Below are positions 60,122 through 64,000 of a DNA stretch of 64,000 nt, piece by piece; the first letter of the stretch is position 1, and the number at the start of each line of letters is the position of its first letter. The notes beneath the pieces were generated by a model. The model was given only the letters and a program-made list of their open reading frames with translations, did not search any database and was not told the DNA's origin. This stretch comes from Aulosira sp. ZfuVER01. GTDB lineage: Bacteria > Cyanobacteriota > Cyanobacteriia > Cyanobacteriales > Nostocaceae. Where the stretch lies: NCBI GenBank assembly GCA_034530615.2, contig JAVRCV020000004.1:1-64000 (forward strand), given 5' to 3'. Made by a program: the position numbers and the translations under genes.

Positions 60122-60331
60122 AATAATTCCGCTTTATTGACAGCAATGCAGTTGCTAATTTCTAAGTTTAGTCAAGCAAATAGCAAGTGGACAGATCAAT
60201 TTGAAAGAACAGTGAAGAAAAAGTAAAAAGTCCTTAAATATACTTATAGGGAACTACTAGCCTCTCGTCCGCTTCTACTCTCCAAATACCCAATTTAAAA
60301 TCTAAAATTAACGCTCTTTTTACTGGTACAC

Positions 60332-61207
60332 ATGACTCGTTCCTGCCGTCTAGTGTTTATCTGTGGTTTAGTCAGCGCTTTGGGGCTAGGATTCATACTC
60401 CCAGACTTACAAAGTGCCAATGCTGCTACTTGCCCAACGCCTCCTGCTCTATCTCGTTTCCAGCGTCATATAGTTGCTCGTGGCGAAACGCTAGAGAGCA
60501 TAGCGAAACTCTATAATCTCAATCCTGCAACTATTATTAGCATGAATCCTGCTGTGAAAAACGGCACAGTGACTGTTGGCAGCGAACTTCAGATTCCTCC
60601 CTACAATGGAATTGTGGTAGAAGTCCCTCAAGGTCAAACCTGGCGGCAAGTAGCAACCAAGTATAAAGTTCGTGCTGATGCCATGTTTGAAATTAATGGT
60701 TGTCAACAAAACCCTAGAGTTGTGTTTGTGCCTGGGGTGAATGGCTTACCAAATCGTCCTGTAACAGCGCCTCCTACGTCGGCTAAACCTCCTAGTGAAC
60801 TAAGTGGGTATCCTTTGCCAGAAATAACTACTGTGGCATTACCTTATGGCTGGCAAATTCATCCCACTACAGGAGAAGTATTCTTCCATAGTGGAGTAGA
60901 TTTATTCGCAGCTTTAGGCACACCAGTACAGGCGATCGCACCTGGAACTGTAGCCTTTGCCAACGAACAAGGTAGTTACGGCAAATTGGTCATCATCAAT
61001 CACGGTGGCGGACTCCAAAGCCGCTACGCCCATCTTGACAATATCAAGGTGAGTGTTGGTCAGCAAGTGAAAAAAGGAGACTTGCTCGGAACTGTCGGTA
61101 CTACTGGACAACCTGCTGCCAAACAACCACATCTTCATTTTGAAGTGCGTTCTAGCTCATCTTTGGGTTGGGCTGCTCAAGATCCAAAGAGTTATCTCAA
61201 GAAATAA
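60332..61207 (+). CDS. LysM / M23 peptidoglycan endopeptidase
   Basis: LysM (GETLESIA), HSGVD, YAHL, PHLHFE. Confidence 0.92.
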   Translation: MTRSCRLVFICGLVSALGLGFILPDLQSANAATCPTPPALSRFQRHIVARGETLESIAKLYNLNPATIISMNPAVKNGTVTVGSELQIPPYNGIVVEVPQGQTWRQVATKYKVRADAMFEINGCQQNPRVVFVPGVNGLPNRPVTAPPTSAKPPSELSGYPLPEITTVALPYGWQIHPTTGEVFFHSGVDLFAALGTPVQAIAPGTVAFANEQGSYGKLVIINHGGGLQSRYAHLDNIKVSVGQQVKKGDLLGTVGTTGQPAAKQPHLHFEVRSSSSLGWAAQDPKSYLKK

Positions 61208-61281
61208 GGTTATTTTAAAACGCAAAGAAGCGCAGAGGTAAACGCATAGTTTTGCAGAGAATACCTCTGTGTTCCTCTGCG

Positions 61282-62319
61282 TTAAAAAAAGCATTCGATA
61301 ACATCAGTTGATTTGACAATATTCATCCCTGCTGCTGCAAATCTGGTAAAGGCTGCATCAGCTTGTTCTGTGTAGTCAACAATGCCTGGAACAACAACAG
61401 GAGATGTACAATCTTCTAACAGATAAATTTTTTGGGTCAACTTTGCATCTACTTGTTTAATTTCTGTTAATAAATCGTCAATTGTCCAAGCGACACAATG
61501 ACTTTTAGCTTGCCCACCAATAATTACGGCATCAAAATCTAAAAGCTGTTGAATTAACCGTGTGTTCTTTTGAGCCAAGGGATTTCTATCGAAACCTATT
61601 AATACCTCTGGGCGTAAAACAGAATAGTTTTCAGTTAAGGGATTATCACCTTTAACTTCAAATTGCGTTTGACTTTGACGCGCAATACAATGGAAAAATA
61701 TTGCTTCTTCTACAGATGCAACTAAAGAATGACCGATACCTCCTAACATTGAATGGTAAGGCCAAACCGTGAGAGGATATTTACCATCTTGACTTAGCTG
61801 TTGAACGTAATGATAAGCGTGTTTTTCTAACAATTCATAATTGCTATTAGTGATACTGCTAGCAACGGCTGGATTAACTTTCCATTTACCTTGTTCTATA
61901 TCTTTTGCTGTAATACTTGTAGCTGCTGGGATTGGATGCTCCCCAGCAGAATTTATCCAAAAAATAGGATGAAAAATTTGCATCGCTGTATGCGTATCCA
62001 TCGTTGGTGCAATTGTTGTAATCACCCCTAGATTGCGATAAATAAATTCACACAAACGCTGATTATCCTCTACTGCACCTTTGCCAGATTTTCCACCTAC
62101 AAATAATTCAAATCCAGGAATACAAAAAGTATTTTGGACATCAATTAAAAGTAGACAAATGCGGCGATTATCAACAGATGCTGGTTTGATGTTATTTTGC
62201 TTCGCCCATGCTTCAGCTTGCATTGCACGTTCTTGGTAAGGTACGCGCCAGACTTCACCTATTTTGTCGGGATTGAAATGTGGGGGAATTAGGAGTTGAG
62301 TTATTGATTGGGTGTTCAT
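61282..62319 (-). CDS. Isochorismatase/nicotinamidase-like cysteine hydrolase
   Basis: [23 protein letters not shown]. Confidence 0.85.
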   Translation of the reverse strand: MNTQSITQLLIPPHFNPDKIGEVWRVPYQERAMQAEAWAKQNNIKPASVDNRRICLLLIDVQNTFCIPGFELFVGGKSGKGAVEDNQRLCEFIYRNLGVITTIAPTMDTHTAMQIFHPIFWINSAGEHPIPAATSITAKDIEQGKWKVNPAVASSITNSNYELLEKHAYHYVQQLSQDGKYPLTVWPYHSMLGGIGHSLVASVEEAIFFHCIARQSQTQFEVKGDNPLTENYSVLRPEVLIGFDRNPLAQKNTRLIQQLLDFDAVIIGGQAKSHCVAWTIDDLLTEIKQVDAKLTQKIYLLEDCTSPVVVPGIVDYTEQADAAFTRFAAAGMNIVKSTDVIECFF

Positions 62320-62336
62320 ATAAAAATTAATATTTT

Positions 62337-62615
62337 TTAACTTTCATAATAATCTAAAGTTAATAATAATATTTCTTCTTCATCCAAGTCAGGATTTGCA
62401 ACAAACTTAAATAAAATTCTAGTACTATAATTAATGGAACATGACCATTGTCCATAAAAATCATCTTTTAGCTGATGACTACCTAAAGTTGGTTGAAAGG
62501 GATCTTCAAGCATTTGTTGCAATACTTCCTCAACTTGAAAACGTAATTCAGGATTTTTCTTAACCAGTCGTTTAAAAGTGCGGATAAATGCTGAACTCCA
62601 AACCAAATTGTTCAC
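62337..62615 (-). CDS. RelE/YafQ-family toxin-like protein
   Basis: F-R-FKRL, DPF-P-L-SH-LK, WSCSI, RILF pattern. Confidence 0.75.
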   Translation of the reverse strand: MNNLVWSSAFIRTFKRLVKKNPELRFQVEEVLQQMLEDPFQPTLGSHQLKDDFYGQWSCSINYSTRILFKFVANPDLDEEEILLLTLDYYES

Positions 62616-62830
62616 TTGTCTAACTCCGCCATTAAATCTGCAACTAAACCACGCCGGACATTACCTTGAGCATAATCACTTTCTGCTTGGGCGACTTGTT
62701 TTAATAAATTATGTAGTCTTTGCTGTTTCAGACGCTGTTGAATAATATCCATCAGCATAACCTGAGCTTCTGGATCTAGTGCTTCTACCGCTTCCAAAGC
62801 TTTCTGGAACGTTGTTTTTTGTTCTAGCAT
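62612..62830 (-). CDS. Putative antitoxin
   Basis: 72-aa ORF overlapping the toxin start by 4 nt. Confidence 0.7.
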   Translation of the reverse strand: MLEQKTTFQKALEAVEALDPEAQVMLMDIIQQRLKQQRLHNLLKQVAQAESDYAQGNVRRGLVADLMAELDK

Positions 62831-63335
62831 CGGGATTAGAAAATTTGCTCACAAATATAATGTAGCTGCTTGTAGGGGCGATCGCTGCTCATTTCTTTTG
62901 CCCATGCATAGTTTTAGATAAAGAAAAAATAGTTGATTATATAAAAGAATATGATGAATAATAATTTGTTCATTTATTTCACCCCCAGCTAGGGAGTGAG
63001 TTAATTATATACTCCTCAAATACCGTGGTAATCAAAGCTGCGCCTTAATGCTTTTAATAGATAAAGACTATGAAAGCTGATTTGATAAAATAACTGGCAT
63101 TAATGATATCATTTATAACTCAGTACTAGAGCGATCGCTACCCAGTCACAAAAGCCTGGAAAACGTCTATTTTTGGCTAAGAGAAAAACCAATCAATCTC
63201 CTTTATTTCGTCTTTTCTCTCAATTTCTTTTTTTTTACTACCTCATTGACTAAAATCGCCCCAGCTGTGGCAATCTGAGAAACAGAGATTTTGAAATTTG
63301 ATATTTTCGCTACAGCAAATTTACCTAATGAGGTT

Positions 63336-64000
63336 ATGCAAACTCTGCCCACAGTTACAACTGTAAACACCACATCTAGCGAACCCATCTTTGATACAAC
63401 AATTAAGCGGCGTAAAACCCGTGCAGTAAAGGTGGGAGATGTCACAATTGGCGGTGGCTACCCTGTGGTAGTGCAGTCAATGATTAATGAAGACACACTA
63501 GATATCGATGGTTCTGTGGCAGCTATTCGTCGTCTGCACGAGATTGGCTGCGAAATTGTCCGCGTCACTGTGCCTAGTATGGCTCATGCCAAAGCTTTAG
63601 CGGAAATTAAACAAAAACTCATTCAAACCTACCGAGATGTGCCTATTGTTGCTGACGTGCATCACAACGGCCTGAAAATTGCTTTGGAAGTTGCCAAGCA
63701 CATCGAGAAAGTACGGATTAACCCTGGTTTGTATGTGTTTGAAAAACCAAATACTCATAGGAGTGAATACACCAAAGCGGAATTTGATGAAATTGGCGAA
63801 AAAATCCGCGAGACTCTAGAACCTTTGGTCGTCTCTTTAAGAGATCAAGGTAAAGCTATGCGCATTGGGGTAAATCATGGTTCTCTCGCTGAGAGAATGC
63901 TATTTACCTACGGCGATACCCCTGAAGGAATGGTGGAATCTGCTTTAGAATTCATTCGTATTTGTGAATCCCTAAATTTCCACAATTTGGTAATTTCGAT
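63336..64000 (+). CDS. ispG: (E)-4-hydroxy-3-methylbut-2-enyl-diphosphate synthase, 5' part (runs off window)
   Basis: Own translation: [10 protein letters not shown]...VVVQSM...[10 protein letters not shown]...ADVHH...RINPG...RIGVNHGSL. Confidence 0.95.
   Translation, partial: MQTLPTVTTVNTTSSEPIFDTTIKRRKTRAVKVGDVTIGGGYPVVVQSMINEDTLDIDGSVAAIRRLHEIGCEIVRVTVPSMAHAKALAEIKQKLIQTYRDVPIVADVHHNGLKIALEVAKHIEKVRINPGLYVFEKPNTHRSEYTKAEFDEIGEKIRETLEPLVVSLRDQGKAMRIGVNHGSLAERMLFTYGDTPEGMVESALEFIRICESLNFHNLVIS

Overview
Chromosomal window from a filamentous, most likely heterocyst-forming (Nostocales-type) cyanobacterium. Evidence for this: abundant HIP1 GCGATCGC sites, STRR heptamer tandem repeats, small dispersed repeats, Anabaena-like HU and FurC. 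Housekeeping content includes gcvTHP, HU, cobD, furC, CRR6, ispD, scpB, an HtrA protease, partial ispG, rluD, cax and a GH57/DUF3536 enzyme. Highlights: (1) a co-oriented fatty-acid degradation cluster (lipase, fadD-like, fadN-type HAD/ECH, thiolase, fadE; 11.6-22.3 kb) in a phylum generally described as lacking beta-oxidation. Its FadD-like protein has degenerate adenylation motifs and in-frame repeat insertions. (2) An antisense four-helix-bundle (23S-IVS/Avd-like) gene inside that cluster, bracketed by nested inverted repeats. (3) A repeat-spacer-repeat unit at ~4.0-4.1 kb whose spacer has a perfect 17-nt match to that four-helix-bundle gene. (4) An orphan type I-D-like CRISPR array (9 repeats, 8 spacers). 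(5) A rogue/sentinel-type psbA lacking several Mn4CaO5 ligands. (6) A VapBC + 21-bp array + NACHT-HEAT islet. All calls were made by eye from sequence motifs; no database searches were run.
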